From positions 31,436,001 to 31,500,000 of the forward strand of contig NC_058368.1 in NCBI RefSeq assembly GCF_018350175.1: DNA of 64,000 bases. The letters run 5' to 3'. Shown piece by piece: positions 63,211 to 64,000 of the stretch (the first letter of the stretch is position 1; each line of letters opens with the position of its first letter). Both the position numbers and the translations under genes were made by a program. The notes under the pieces were generated by a model that made no database searches, was not told the origin of the DNA, and worked only from the letters and a program-made list of their open reading frames with translations. This DNA comes from Felis catus. Its lineage: Eukaryota.

Positions 63211-64000
63211 GAAAGCTAATCTTTTTACCTGGTGAATCTTAGTATTGGAAGGGAAGGGCTCGAACTGGGTTATAAACTCTTTCCATGAATATGTGATTAA
63301 TAAATCATAGTTTAATGCTGAATCTCTGAAAGCAGTTGAATGTTAGCCATCCCCATAGATTTTCATTAATATTTCTGCTGAATTTCAATATAAAGCAATC
63401 ATCCTATTTCATATGCACAATCCGCATTTTGAATGAGCCTAAAGATTTGAAGCTTCTGAGCAGAGTTTAACACACGTTCTCCTTATCTGAAAATACTGTT
63501 AGAAATGTTATTTGGATTATAAGCAGAGCTTTCATTTGTGGAGCCCATGGCAGTCTGTGTCATAAATATGCACATATCTTTGCCTCAGCAAGGCTCTTCT
63601 AAGTACATTTCATGGTACTTTTCATAGGCACTGGATTTGATTTGTTTTAGGGCATAATATAAATTCTCTGCTGTGATACACGATAAAGGAAACACTTTTT
63701 AAGAAATCTGTGTTGGTTATGGTGCTATGTGCATCACTGAGCCTCATGATTTATTAACTGCCTAAATAATCCCTTATCATTATTGTTTGTTTTTATACAT
63801 AACCACTCATCAGGTACTCAGCACTGTATCTACCTTTCTTTGCAGTGTCTCTTAGTCCGTGCATTTGCCCTCAGTTACTTTTGTGAATTCTTCTGGAAGA
63901 TAATGATAGCATTTCACATTCCATACCACTAACCACACTACATGCCACAGAATACAAATGTGTATAAGGTGGTGGTTTCATTATCTTAGGGTCAGTAGAA

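Noticed and set aside
1..64000. Novel multi-gene system (prokaryote-style defence, CRISPR or retron), or an endogenous non-retroviral virus
   Set aside because: All long ORFs are L1-derived, and I saw no arrays, operon structure or viral protein motifs

Overview
AT-rich mammalian DNA from a carnivore, very probably a felid, judged from Can-SINEs of the SINEC_Fc type and L1_Fc-like LINEs. I recognise no host protein-coding gene, so the window reads as intergenic DNA or a large intron. It is dominated by retroelements. The main feature is a full-length (~6 kb) but inactivated young L1 at 7307-13272, inserted into an older L1. It has a stop in ORF1, and two frameshifts, a stop and an FADD->FADV change in ORF2. 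Also present: a 5'-truncated sister L1 at 43675-45067, about 20 Can-SINEs (many with visible target-site duplications, TSDs), older L1/L2/CR1/MIR fragments, MaLR/MLT2/MER67-like solo LTRs, MER20/MER53-like DNA transposons and a full-length U6 snRNA retrocopy. The more unusual observations are a probable twin-primed (5'-inverted) L1 mini-insertion, a 17-bp perfect inverted repeat in non-repeat DNA, several repeat-free blocks rich in homeodomain motifs, and a few weak minus-strand exon candidates. I found no convincing novel biological system. Repeat family names come from recalled consensus sequences, not a database search, and boundaries of old repeats are approximate.
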